The position numbers and the translations under genes are program-made. From NCBI GenBank assembly GCA_963422375.2, contig OY729428.2:640001-704000 (forward strand): a stretch of 64,000 bases of DNA, read 5' to 3'. This stretch comes from Bryobacterales bacterium. GTDB taxonomy: Bacteria > Acidobacteriota > Terriglobia > Bryobacterales > UBA6623. This document shows positions 33,489 through 42,985 of this stretch, piece after piece. The notes under the pieces were generated by a model, which was given only the letters and a program-made list of their open reading frames with translations, did no database searches and was not told the DNA's origin. The stretch's first letter is position 1. Every line of letters begins with the position of its first letter.

Positions 33489-34490
33489 GTGGACTACGAC
33501 GGGGCCTGCAAGGTCCTCTTCTCCACGGCGCGGATGGTGGTCGACCTGGTGCGCGGCTACGCCAGGGAACTCGATCTCGACGAGATCGACTACACGACCT
33601 TGGAGCCCGCGAGCCCCTCCTACCTCGGCGCGGAGGCCGTCAAGCGCTACGGGGACCTGCTGTGGAAGGTGCAAACGAAGGGCGGGCGGCCGGTGTACGT
33701 CCTCGTGCTGCTGGAGTTCCAGTCGAGCGTGCAGGACTACATGGCGGTGCGCCTGATGACCTACGTGGGCCTGCTGTACGAGTCGCTGTGCCAGCGGCAG
33801 GGGTTCCCCCCGCTGCCCATCCTGGTGCCGGTGGCGCTGTACTGCGGCCGGGACAGGTGGACGGCCGCGGACAGCGTGCGCCCGCTGGTGCTAGCCGAGC
33901 CGGCGGCCCCGGCGGGCTTCGTGCCGGGATTCCGTTACATTCTGATCGACGAGCGACGCTGCGAGCTGCTGGGCCTGGAGCAGCGCAACCTGGTGGACGC
34001 GATGATTCGCTGCGGGCGGGCGGCGTCGGCGCCGGCGGCGTCGGAAGAGGTGCTGCGCCTGCAGGAGTGGCTGCGGGGGGACGCGAACGCCGCGCTGCGG
34101 CGGGCCTTCGTGACCTGGCTCGACATCGTGCTGATTCGGCCGCAGTTCCCCGAAGTGAAGCTGAAGGCCGGAGACGGCCTAGTGGAGGTGGCGAAGGTGC
34201 TGGGAAACTCTATGACTTGGATCGAGCAGGCGGAGACGAAAGGCCTCGAGAAGGACCGCGAGGAAGGCCGCGAGAAGGGCCGCGAGGAAGGCCGCGAGAA
34301 GGGCCGCGAGGAGGCGCTGAGGGACACGTTCGAGCGCGTGGTCCGAAACCGGTTCGGGGAACCCGTCGCCGAGGCCGTGGCTTCCCTGAGCCGACCGTTC
34401 GAGTCGGGCGAGACCTTCGCCCGAGCCCTGGACTGGGCCTACGGTTGCCGAAGCGAAGACGAGCTCCTGTCCAAGCTGGCCACCCTCTGA
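33489..34490 (+). CDS. Rpn-family recombination-promoting nuclease / YhgA-like PD-(D/E)XK protein
   Basis: DGACKVLFS, RYGDLLW, LLEFQS, MAVRLMTY, PVALYCG...W; C-terminal REEGREKG repeats. Confidence 0.9.
   Translation: MDYDGACKVLFSTARMVVDLVRGYARELDLDEIDYTTLEPASPSYLGAEAVKRYGDLLWKVQTKGGRPVYVLVLLEFQSSVQDYMAVRLMTYVGLLYESLCQRQGFPPLPILVPVALYCGRDRWTAADSVRPLVLAEPAAPAGFVPGFRYILIDERRCELLGLEQRNLVDAMIRCGRAASAPAASEEVLRLQEWLRGDANAALRRAFVTWLDIVLIRPQFPEVKLKAGDGLVEVAKVLGNSMTWIEQAETKGLEKDREEGREKGREEGREKGREEALRDTFERVVRNRFGEPVAEAVASLSRPFESGETFARALDWAYGCRSEDELLSKLATL
34256..34312 (+). repeat. 24-bp coding tandem repeat (REEGREKG) in the Rpn C-terminus
   Basis: CCGCGAGGAAGGCCGCGAGAAGGG x2 plus a partial unit. Confidence 0.9.
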
Positions 34491-34661
34491 GGCGGCGCGG
34501 GCGACTGTGCCTTCGCAGGCGGATCCGGTCCGACCTGCCTAGGTCGCACGCTCCCGGCAGCGTCGGCCTCGCCCAGGGAACGGGCGGATCCGGGGCCTTG
34601 CAATCGAGCGGGCCCGACGATCCGCCGGCCCCGGGCGGCTACTGCGTCAGTGTTAACGGAA

Positions 34662-35028
34662 CAGGCGCTGCATCCAGCGGAGTGGCTGCGGAGAGACGAG
34701 AGCATCGCATCCGGCGGGCCTTCGTGAATTGGCTCGATATCGTGGTGATTCGGCCGCGGTTCCGCGAATTGAAGCTGAGGGCCGGTGACAGCCTAGTAGA
34801 GGTGGCGAACGTGCCAGGAAACCCCATGACCTGAATCGAGCGGAGGCGAAGGGTCGCAGGGAGGGGTTCCAGCGACTCATCCGTCTCAGGTTCGGACAAT
34901 ACCTGGCCGAGTCCGTCGCTTCCCTGAACCGACCGTTCGAGTCGGGCTAGACGTTCGACCAAGCGGTGGAGTGGGCCCTCGACTGCCCAAGCGGCGACGA
35001 ACTCCTGTCCAAGCTGGCCGCGCTCCGA
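34662..35028 (+). pseudogene. Degenerate duplicate of the 3' part of the Rpn gene
   Basis: Aligns by eye to about 34047-34490 (RRAFVNWLDIVVIRP...LKAGD...MT*IE...DELLSKLA) with stops and indels. Confidence 0.85.
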
Positions 35029-35927
35029 CCGCCAAATCCGTTTCCGTCACGGCCGCGAGCGGGGAATGCGAGGCATCAAGGGCACTTCGCGAGTGGCGGC
35101 CGAGCCTCGCTCGTCGCGACGGCGGTCCCCACGCACGGGTTAGGCACAGCTCGCCCCGGTGGCACCCCGCTCCTTTCAGCGATCCCGATCGCCCCGGCCC
35201 GGGGTCATGCCAGTGCGGCTCCGTGGCCCCGAGTCACCACCAACCAAGCGCGTCGGAACGGCGCCACCCGCGGCACAATCCGCTTCGCCGCGACCGCGAT
35301 GCGCGACCCTGGCTTCAGCTGGTGCAGGCGTGACCCTGCCCCGTGGCGATTCCTCGTCGGCCTCTCCGGCGATTGACCTCCGCTATGCACCCCCGCAGGG
35401 AGTGGATCCCCTCGCGGGTGCGTTGCGGGCTCCCGCCCGGGTTCATCACGACGTAGCGCGGGTTCCACCTCGAGGCCCGCCCGGGTAAACCGGTCGCGGA
35501 CGCATTGACGATCACCCGTCGCGGCCGCGACGAAATGCCCGCTTGGTCGCCGAGCTGGTCCCAGACGGACTCCAAGCTGGACCGGCAGATGTTCTGCGGT
35601 CTTGCCCGGGCTCTCTCCCGTACGGGCCAGTCGCTAGAGGACGCGCGCCCGATGCAGGCGGAGGCCTCGGTGTCTCCAGGATTGTTGGCCGTCGCGTCCA
35701 CCTAGCTGGCTTCTCCGCCCGCAACGAATGCTGAGCAACTACCTTCGGAGGGTTGAGAAGAATCCACGGAGACCCCGTTCGAGCAATTGGCCTAGCCGAA
35801 TTCGAACGCGAAGCGGAGGAGCGGCGTAGGGCCGGACGGCGTCTGCGGCCAATCCGGATCGGGGAGGGCCGTCCACTTCAATTGCGTGCCGACGGCGGCG
35901 GACCGACAGAAGTCCGGACCGTGGAGA

Positions 35928-36530
35928 TTAGGTGCGGCCGCGACCGAGCGTCTCGAACGGCACGTCTGCCTCTCGGCGATCCTGTGGGCGACCCGATGCC
36001 ACCCATGATCGAATGATATCGGTCAAGGAAGCTACGATCAGGCCTACGCCGACCGCATCGGAACGCACAGCGGACCGCAAGAGATCGTCGTAACCGAATG
36101 TGCCGGCAGGCTTGAAGACTAAGTCGCGCCGACCCGCGGCTATTACCAAGTTCCAGATCCCGGCCCTTGCGAAGGTCTCGCCGGCACAGTCGAAGGCCAG
36201 ACCTTGAGAGATGCGGTGCGTGAACCCCCTCGCTTCGAGCTCTCTGAGGGCGGCCGCCAGCCGCATGAGGTTGGTCGAACCGGCCGATGGATTGATGTCG
36301 GCGTCCGCAGTGAGCCTCGGGAATGCTTGGAGGCGCGCTGCAAGAGCGCCTACCAGGATGTCTTCCACTTGGTGCTCTGCCAAGACCTGCACGATCCGCT
36401 GTGGGTCGAATGGGGCGTTCGCAGGCTGGTCGCTCGTCCGCAATGAAGCGTGAGAAATTCGCGACCTCGATGAGCCGCTACTCGGGCGAGAGAGAGAATC
36501 CCCGGCAGGTCATCCAGCGTGTGGGTACTG
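35928..36530 (-). pseudogene. Decayed nucleotidyltransferase gene plus the C-terminal remnant of an upstream partner (TA-like pair)
   Basis: FDPQRIVQVLAEHQV..LVGALAARLQ..PRLTADADI (G-x-DxD NTase-like), ASLTDIIRS, RPQD; upstream fragment SPE*RLIEVANFSRF. Confidence 0.6.
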
Positions 36531-36539
36531 AGGGGCGCA

Positions 36540-37123
36540 AAGGAGCGCGACGAGCGCGTGCCGCCGGGCGGCATCGTGCAGGCGGACGATGCCTGCTGGG
36601 GCGGGGAGCGGACCGGCGGCCAGCGCGGTCGCGGCGCGGCGGGCAAGACGCCGTTCGTCGCCGCCGTGCAGGTCAGCGCCGCCGGCCAGCCGGCAAGGAT
36701 GCGCCTGAGCAGCGTGGCGGGCTTCCGCAACAAGACGCTGGCAGCGTGGGCCGGGCGGCACTTGCAGCCCGGCACGGAGGTGCATTCCGACGGCCCGGCC
36801 TGCTTCCGGGGCGTGGCCGACGCCGGCTGCGAGCACGTGCCGACCGTCACCGGAGGCGGGCAGCGGAGCTGCGCGGATTCCCGCTTCGTCCGGGTCAACG
36901 TCCGGGTCAACACGATGCTGGCGCACGTCAAGCAGTCCCTGGCGGGAACCTGCCATGCGCTCGACCGCAAGCACCTGCCGCGCTACCTCGCCGAGTTCCG
37001 CTACCGCTTCAACCGCCGCTACGATCTGGAGGCGCTGGTCCCCCGCCTGCTCCACGCCTCCGTGCGCGCCCCGCCCAGGCCTTACCGCCTCCTAACCTTG
37101 GCTGAGTCTTGTGGGTAATCAGG
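36540..37123 (+). mobile_element. 5'-truncated IS1595 copy
   Basis: Near-identical to 4293-4864, including the right TIR GGCTGAGTCTTGTGGGTAATCAGG; 12-bp internal duplication near 36888-36911. Confidence 0.93.
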
Positions 37124-37799
37124 TATCGCTTTGAGCGAGTTTTGCGCGAAATATCGGAACCCAGAGCTGGCGCTGGAGATCTTGGATCTCGGACTCAGCC
37201 GCCTGCCGCAGTCCTGTCGCTTGCTGATCCAGAAAGGCATCACGCTTGGCCAAGGACAGAGGTACGAGGAGGCCCGGGGGGCGTTCTCGGAGGCGATGGG
37301 GTTGACACCGGATCACGCCATAGCGCTGACGGCGTTGGCCGTGAGCCTGATCCTATCCGAGGAAACACCGGAAGCCCTGAAGATTCTGGAGGCCGGAGTG
37401 GCGCGATTCCCGGATGACTTCTACGTGCACTACATGTACGGATTCGCGCTGGACAGGGCCCGGGTCGAGGGGGCGGGCCCGGACGGGCAGGAACTCGCGA
37501 AACGGCATTTCAAGCGATCGATCGAGCTGCATGACGGGTTTCCGTCGGCCTACTACCGGCTGGGGAAACTGCTTGCCGAGAACGACTTGGACGAGGCCAT
37601 GCTGAACTTGGAGATAGCCGTGCGGCTCGACCCGCAATTGACAGCTGCGAAGTATCAGCTCGGCCAGCTCTATTGGGACAGCGGCCGCAGTGAGGAGGAG
37701 GCGCGATTGATGCGAGAGGTCGGCGAGGCGAAGCAGCGCGAACTCGAAAAGGAGCAAACGCCGCAGTTCCGGGCCGTCAAGGCTCCCCCGTCGCGATGA
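37124..37799 (+). pseudogene. TPR-repeat protein, 5' end removed by IS1595
   Basis: TPR helices (AYYRLGKLL, AKYQLGQLY); frame begins at the IS end with no RBS or signal. Confidence 0.72.
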
Positions 37800-38092
37800 C
37801 CCAACCGCAAAGCGCCCGAGTCCAAGCGGGCATGCCCCAAGCACGCAGGCAGGGGATCCATGCGGACCGATTCTCGCGCTGCGGTGCTAATCGCATAGAG
37901 AGTTCCCAGTGATTCGGTCAGTCGATCACGTTCCATGGGGCGTTGAGCGGCTTAGTTTGCAATCGCATGGCAGAAGGGGCTAGAATCAGGACAGCAAGGA
38001 GGCGGGAGCACGAGCGCACTGTGCCGACTTCGCCCAGAACCGATGAGGCCTGGCAGGCACATAGCCTGACGCAGACGATCAGCCACGCTGCC

Positions 38093-38860
38093 ATGCCCTC
38101 CGCTGCACGTTTTCGACACCTCGCGAGCTTGGCGCTAGCCGCGGCGCTGCTGAACCTCGGCTTGGTCCCGAACCAGGCTCCGGGGCAGCAGCGCAACGCT
38201 GGCATCGAAATCTACGGGCTGGCCGGCATGTACTATTTCGGCAACGAATCCAACTTGCTAAAGGCTAGGCGGTGGGCACCCCAGTTCGGTGCCAGCATCT
38301 TCGTTCCTGTCTTTTCGAAATGGGGGCTGCTCGTGGACGGGATCGCAAGTCGGTTGGAGGTGGAGGAGGGTCCATTTGGCCCGCATGACGGCCATCCGCA
38401 TGTGTTTTTCTACCGAGCAAGGCCCGACCTCGCCGCTGAAGATGTAACGACGCAACAATTGTTTGCGATTCACCCGTCGTTCGTAAGGCGATGGAGAATG
38501 AATCGTGTTTCGATCTACGCTGGCGGTGGCTTTGCCTCCGAGCACCAACGCTGGACCAGCCGTTACCGACCGATCAACTCCTTTGAGGATTTCAAGCGCG
38601 AATCGGTGATCGAGAGCGGATTGCCCTATGTGAACGCGGCTGACTTCCCGGAAGCGGGGTGGACCGGCATCTATGCCCGGTCGGCGCAATTCATCGAATC
38701 GCACGATTCGGTTTCCGCGACGGGCTTGACGGCACGCGGCGGCATCTTGGTGGACGCTACCCCGCGCACAATCGTGAGAGCGGGATATTCGTACATCTTC
38801 ACGTACTTGGATTCGCCTCCTTCACAGGTGCTCGAGCTAGGTGTCGGATATCGATTCTAG
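38093..38860 (+). CDS. Putative outer-membrane beta-barrel protein
   Basis: Signal peptide, alternating beta-strand pattern, C-terminal LELGVGYRF. Confidence 0.7.
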   Translation: MPSAARFRHLASLALAAALLNLGLVPNQAPGQQRNAGIEIYGLAGMYYFGNESNLLKARRWAPQFGASIFVPVFSKWGLLVDGIASRLEVEEGPFGPHDGHPHVFFYRARPDLAAEDVTTQQLFAIHPSFVRRWRMNRVSIYAGGGFASEHQRWTSRYRPINSFEDFKRESVIESGLPYVNAADFPEAGWTGIYARSAQFIESHDSVSATGLTARGGILVDATPRTIVRAGYSYIFTYLDSPPSQVLELGVGYRF

Positions 38861-38982
38861 TTGGATTGCACGCCAGCGAGACATCTTCGCGCGCGTTCCG
38901 AAAATCGCGAGAGCGGGCACCCGGCGACCTTCGCTATCCGTCGGCAGCGCGCTGCCCGTTTCGCATGAACCCGAGGTGCGTC

Positions 38983-39260
38983 TCAGAGGCCGAGATCCTC
39001 GATGAGCTTTGTATCGTACCGGCCCTCGAGAAAAGCCGGCTCGGCGAGGATGCGTTGATGGAGCGGAATAGAGGTCCTGATTCCCTCCACGACGCACATC
39101 GAGAGCGCTCGGCTCATCCTTTCTACAGCGTTCTTGCGGGTGGGTGCATGCGCGATCAGCTTCGCGATAAGGGAATCGTAGTAGGGCTCTACCGTCGCGC
39201 CCGAGTACATGGCGCTGTCCACCCGCACGCCGGGACCGCCCGGAGGAGCGTATTTCTCAA
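38983..39260 (-). pseudogene. accC: C-terminal fragment of biotin carboxylase
   Basis: PGGPGVRVDS..YSG..V.PYYDSLIAKLI...GIRTSIP; truncated exactly at the IS1595 end. Confidence 0.88.
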
Positions 39261-40318
39261 CCTGATTACCCACAAGACTCAGCCAAGGTTAGGAGGCGGT
39301 AAGGCCTGGGCGGGGTGCGCGCGGAGGCGTGGAGCAGGCGGGGGACCAGCGCCTCCAGGTCGTAGCGGCGGTTGAAGCGGTAGCGGAACTCGGCGAGGTA
39401 CCGCGGCAGGTGCTTGCCGTCGAGCGCATGGCAGGTTCCCGCCAGGGACTGCTTGACGTTCGCCAGTATCGTGTTGACCCGGACGAAGCGGGAATCCCCG
39501 CAGCTCCGCTTCCCGCCTCCGGTGACGGTCGGCACGTGCTCGCAGCCGGCGTCGGCCACGCCCCGCAAGCAGGCCGGGCCGTCGGCATGCACCTCCGTGC
39601 CGGGCTGCAAGTGCCGCCCGGCCCACGCTGCCAGTGTCTTCTTGCGCAAGCCCGCCACGCCGCTCAGGCGCATCCTTGCCGGCTTGCCGGCGGCGGTGAC
39701 CTGCACGGCGGCGACGAACGGCGTCTTGCCCGCCGCGCCGCGACCGCGCTTGCCGCCGGTCCGCTCCCCGCCCCGGTAGGCCCCAGTAGGCATCGTCCGC
39801 CTGCACGATGCCGCCCAGCGCCACGCGCTCGTCGCGCTCCTTCAGCACTGGCAGGAGCTTGTGCTTCACCTTCCAAGCCGTGTCTTCCAGGCCGTGTTCC
39901 GGCTGACGCCCGGCTGCCGCGCCAGTTCCAGCGACGAAACGCCGTGCTTGCCCTGCGTCAGCAGGTGGAGCGCCAGCAACCGGACGGTCAGCGGCAGCTG
40001 GGTGGCGGCGAAGATCGTGCCGGCGACGAGGGAGGTCCGGCGGTGGCAGGCATGGCACTGCCAGAGCTTGCGGGAGCGGATGCGGCAGTGCCGGCGGGAG
40101 CCGCACTCCGGGCAGCGGAAGCCGTCCGGCCAGCGGGCGTTGAAGACGGCCTGCTCGCATGGCCCCTCGCTGCCGTAGCGCTGCAGGAACTTGCCCGGGC
40201 TGAGTCCCTTCTGGAATTGCACGCGATTGCGTTTCAGCTGCTAGCCCCTTTCCTATCAGAGATTTCCGACCTTCTCACAGTATAGCATATCCTCGGCTGA
40301 CGTTCGTTGGTAATCAGG
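39261..40318 (-). mobile_element. Full-length but inactivated IS1595 copy
   Basis: Both TIRs present; ATG changed to CTG; 14-bp and 10-bp internal duplications frameshift the transposase; flanks TTTCTCAA and AAGACTTT do not match (no TSD). Confidence 0.93.
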
Positions 40319-40934
40319 AAGACTTTTGCGCCTCTCAGTACGCTCGTTGGAGTCAGGGGCTGAACCTTCTTCCGTAGCGATGTTTCCGACATATCGCCGC
40401 AACTGTCCGAGGGCGTTTGGTCGCTGAGATCGGATGCAATTGTCATGCCTGTCACAACGATACGCAGCCGAGGGGATTGCACTTCCAGCGAAGTACGGGG
40501 CCGCAGCGCGAGTCGTCGGCACTACCAAGGTCAGTCTGGCCCGCCGGCACCCCGCGCTCCGGGTGCGCCTTGAATGAATGACCTAGTGAGGGGATCGAAT
40601 CTGGCGGCCGTAAGGTAGGGTCTCGGCGGTAACGCTGTTACCGGACCTGCTTCGAGAGCATGAGGATGCCCAAGTCGCACGCTCTTCGGGATTCGCGATT
40701 CCTTGACCCGTCGACTAGGAACCTCGGCGTGAACCTGCGTTAGCGCGAGAAGTGCTCGCTAGCACCATGCAGCTGACCAAGGTCGGAGTGCGCCGGCTGT
40801 GTCCCGACGAAGCGACGCGGCGGGTCGCGTTAACGGGCCGCTCCGACCGCGTCAGGTTGGAACCACAGCTAGCCTGGCGGGCTTCGCGCCCGCTGGAGGA
40901 AAGTGCCCTGGCACGGCGCACCGAAGAATCCGGC

Positions 40935-42134
40935 CTAGGACAACAAGTCCTCGACGATCCTGACCGCGAGATCCACGTGCTCGCGCTCGATGACGTACGG
41001 CGGCAGGAATCGCAGGACGTTTCCCGCGGTGCAGTTGATTAGCAGGCCCTGCGCCTGCGCCCGGCCGACGAATTCCGCGCCGGGCACGCTGAGTTCCAAG
41101 CCGACCATCAGGCCCCTGCCGCGCACGCGCACCGCAATCTCGCTCCGGTCGACGACGCGCTGCAGCCCCTCGCGAAAGTAGGCGCCGATCCCGCGCACGT
41201 GGGGCAGCATTTCTGGCAGGAGATCCAAGAACTCCATCGCGGCGCGGCAGGCGAGGGCACCGCCGCCGAAGGTGGAGCCGTGCATTCCGGCCCCCAAGAC
41301 GGCGGCAGCCGACTCCGTGCAGACTGCGGCACCGATCGGTAGCCCTGCACCCAGCGGCTTGGCCAGAGTGAGCACGTCCGGCGAGACGTCCGGCCACCGC
41401 TTGAACGCGAACGTCTCCCCCGTGCGGCCCAGACCGCACTGGACCTCGTCCAGCACGAGCAGAGCGTCGTGCTGGTCGGCGAGTTGCCTGGCCAATGTCG
41501 CGAACTTCCGCGTAATCGCCACGATTCCGCCCTCGCCTTGGATGGGCTCGAACAGGATGGCCGCCGTGTTGTCTCCCACGACCCTTTCGAGCGTCGCGGT
41601 GTCGTTGGGCGGAACGAACTTGACCCCGGGAATCAGCGGGGCGAACGGATCGCTGTACTTGGGCTGGCCGGTCACCGAGAGCGCGCCGAGCGTGCGGCCG
41701 GCGAACGAGTCCTGCAACGCGACGATCTCGTGCTTGCCGGGGCTTATCGCCCGTCCGCGGCCCTTGGCGATCTTGAGCGCCGCCTCCACGGCTTCTGCGC
41801 CGCTGTTGCAGAAAAAGGTCCGCTGCATGCCTGTGATCGCAGCCAAGCGCTCCGCAACCGCACCTTGGTGGGCGTGATAGTACAGATTCGAGCAATGCAC
41901 GAGCTGGCCCAGCTGGTCGGTAAGCGCGGCGACGATCCGCGGATGGGCGTGGCCCAGCGCCATCACCCCGATGCCTGACATGAAATCGAGGTACCGTCGG
42001 CCGTCGTTGCCGTGAATGTAGACGCCCTCGGCCCGTCGGACCACCAAGGGATAGCGTCCGTAGTTCCGGACGACGTACTTGTGATCCCGCGAGACAACAG
42101 GTCCCGATTCAAAGTGTTGGCTACCTGCGGCCAT
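40935..42134 (-). CDS. argD: Acetylornithine/succinylornithine aminotransferase (class III PLP)
   Basis: NSGAEAVEAALK, EPIQGEGG, DEVQCGLGRTG, TLAKPLG, HGSTFGG. Confidence 0.92.
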   Translation of the reverse strand: MAAGSQHFESGPVVSRDHKYVVRNYGRYPLVVRRAEGVYIHGNDGRRYLDFMSGIGVMALGHAHPRIVAALTDQLGQLVHCSNLYYHAHQGAVAERLAAITGMQRTFFCNSGAEAVEAALKIAKGRGRAISPGKHEIVALQDSFAGRTLGALSVTGQPKYSDPFAPLIPGVKFVPPNDTATLERVVGDNTAAILFEPIQGEGGIVAITRKFATLARQLADQHDALLVLDEVQCGLGRTGETFAFKRWPDVSPDVLTLAKPLGAGLPIGAAVCTESAAAVLGAGMHGSTFGGGALACRAAMEFLDLLPEMLPHVRGIGAYFREGLQRVVDRSEIAVRVRGRGLMVGLELSVPGAEFVGRAQAQGLLINCTAGNVLRFLPPYVIEREHVDLAVRIVEDLLS

Positions 42135-42216
42135 CTCAGTTTCAGCCTACCACCATGCGAAGGAGCCGGCCCACGGGAACGGGAGTGAACAGCCGCCTGG
42201 ACTACGCTGGAACAAG

Positions 42217-42978
42217 GTGCCCGAACCGCTGATCCTGATTACCAACGACGACGGAATCGACGCGCCCGGCCTCAAGGCTCTGGAGCGCGGCCTTGCCGGC
42301 TTGGGCCGCACTTGCACGGCGGCCCCGCTGACCGAGCAGAGCGGAGCCGCCAGGAGCATCACCCTGCTCCGGCCGATCCGCCACGTGTGTAAGGGTCGCG
42401 ACCGGTACGGCATCGACGGCAGCCCGAGCGACTGCGTGATGATGGCCGTCGCGCTGCTGCTCGAGTCCGCGCCCGCTCTAGTGGTCTCCGGGATCAACAG
42501 CGGGCCGAACCTCGGCGAGAACATCTACTACTCGGGCACGGTTGCCGCGGCCGCCGAGGGAGCGAAGCACGGCATCCCGGCCATTGCCGTCTCGGTGAAC
42601 CAGCGGACCGACATCGACTTCGGTCCCTCCGCCAAGGTCGCGGCGGCTCTGGCGGCGCGAGTCCTCGCGAACGGACTGCCCGGGAACGTGGTGCTCAATG
42701 TCAACGTGCCGGCCGGAAGCGTCTCCGGCGCGGAGGTCACTCGGCAGTGCCGCAAGATATCGCGCAACCTCATGGTCGAGGCCCGCGACCCGCGGGACCG
42801 CCTCTACCACTGGATGCACGAGGACGTGCCGATCCACGAGGCCGAGCCGGGCAGCGACTACGCCGCCGTGCGCGAGGGGCGCATTTCGATCACGCCGCTG
42901 CGCTTCGATCTGACGGACGAGGGCGCCCTCGAGATCCTGCGCCGGGATCTGCGCGAATTCGATCCGGCAGCGGGCTGA
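42217..42978 (+). CDS. surE: 5'/3'-nucleotidase SurE
   Basis: ILITNDDG, SGINSGPNLG, YSGTVAAA. Confidence 0.95.
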   Translation: MPEPLILITNDDGIDAPGLKALERGLAGLGRTCTAAPLTEQSGAARSITLLRPIRHVCKGRDRYGIDGSPSDCVMMAVALLLESAPALVVSGINSGPNLGENIYYSGTVAAAAEGAKHGIPAIAVSVNQRTDIDFGPSAKVAAALAARVLANGLPGNVVLNVNVPAGSVSGAEVTRQCRKISRNLMVEARDPRDRLYHWMHEDVPIHEAEPGSDYAAVREGRISITPLRFDLTDEGALEILRRDLREFDPAAG

Positions 42979-42985
42979 TTCCAGC

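Noticed and set aside
34256..34312. Short direct repeats as a possible CRISPR array
   Set aside because: No spacers; in-frame coding repeat typical of Rpn C-termini; no cas genes in the window
34047..35028. Rpn 3' region and its copy as a DGR variable/template repeat pair
   Set aside because: Differences include indels and are not adenine-specific; no reverse transcriptase in the window
35030..35930. Short ORFs between the Rpn fragment and the NTase remnant
   Set aside because: No recognisable motif or coding bias; left unassigned
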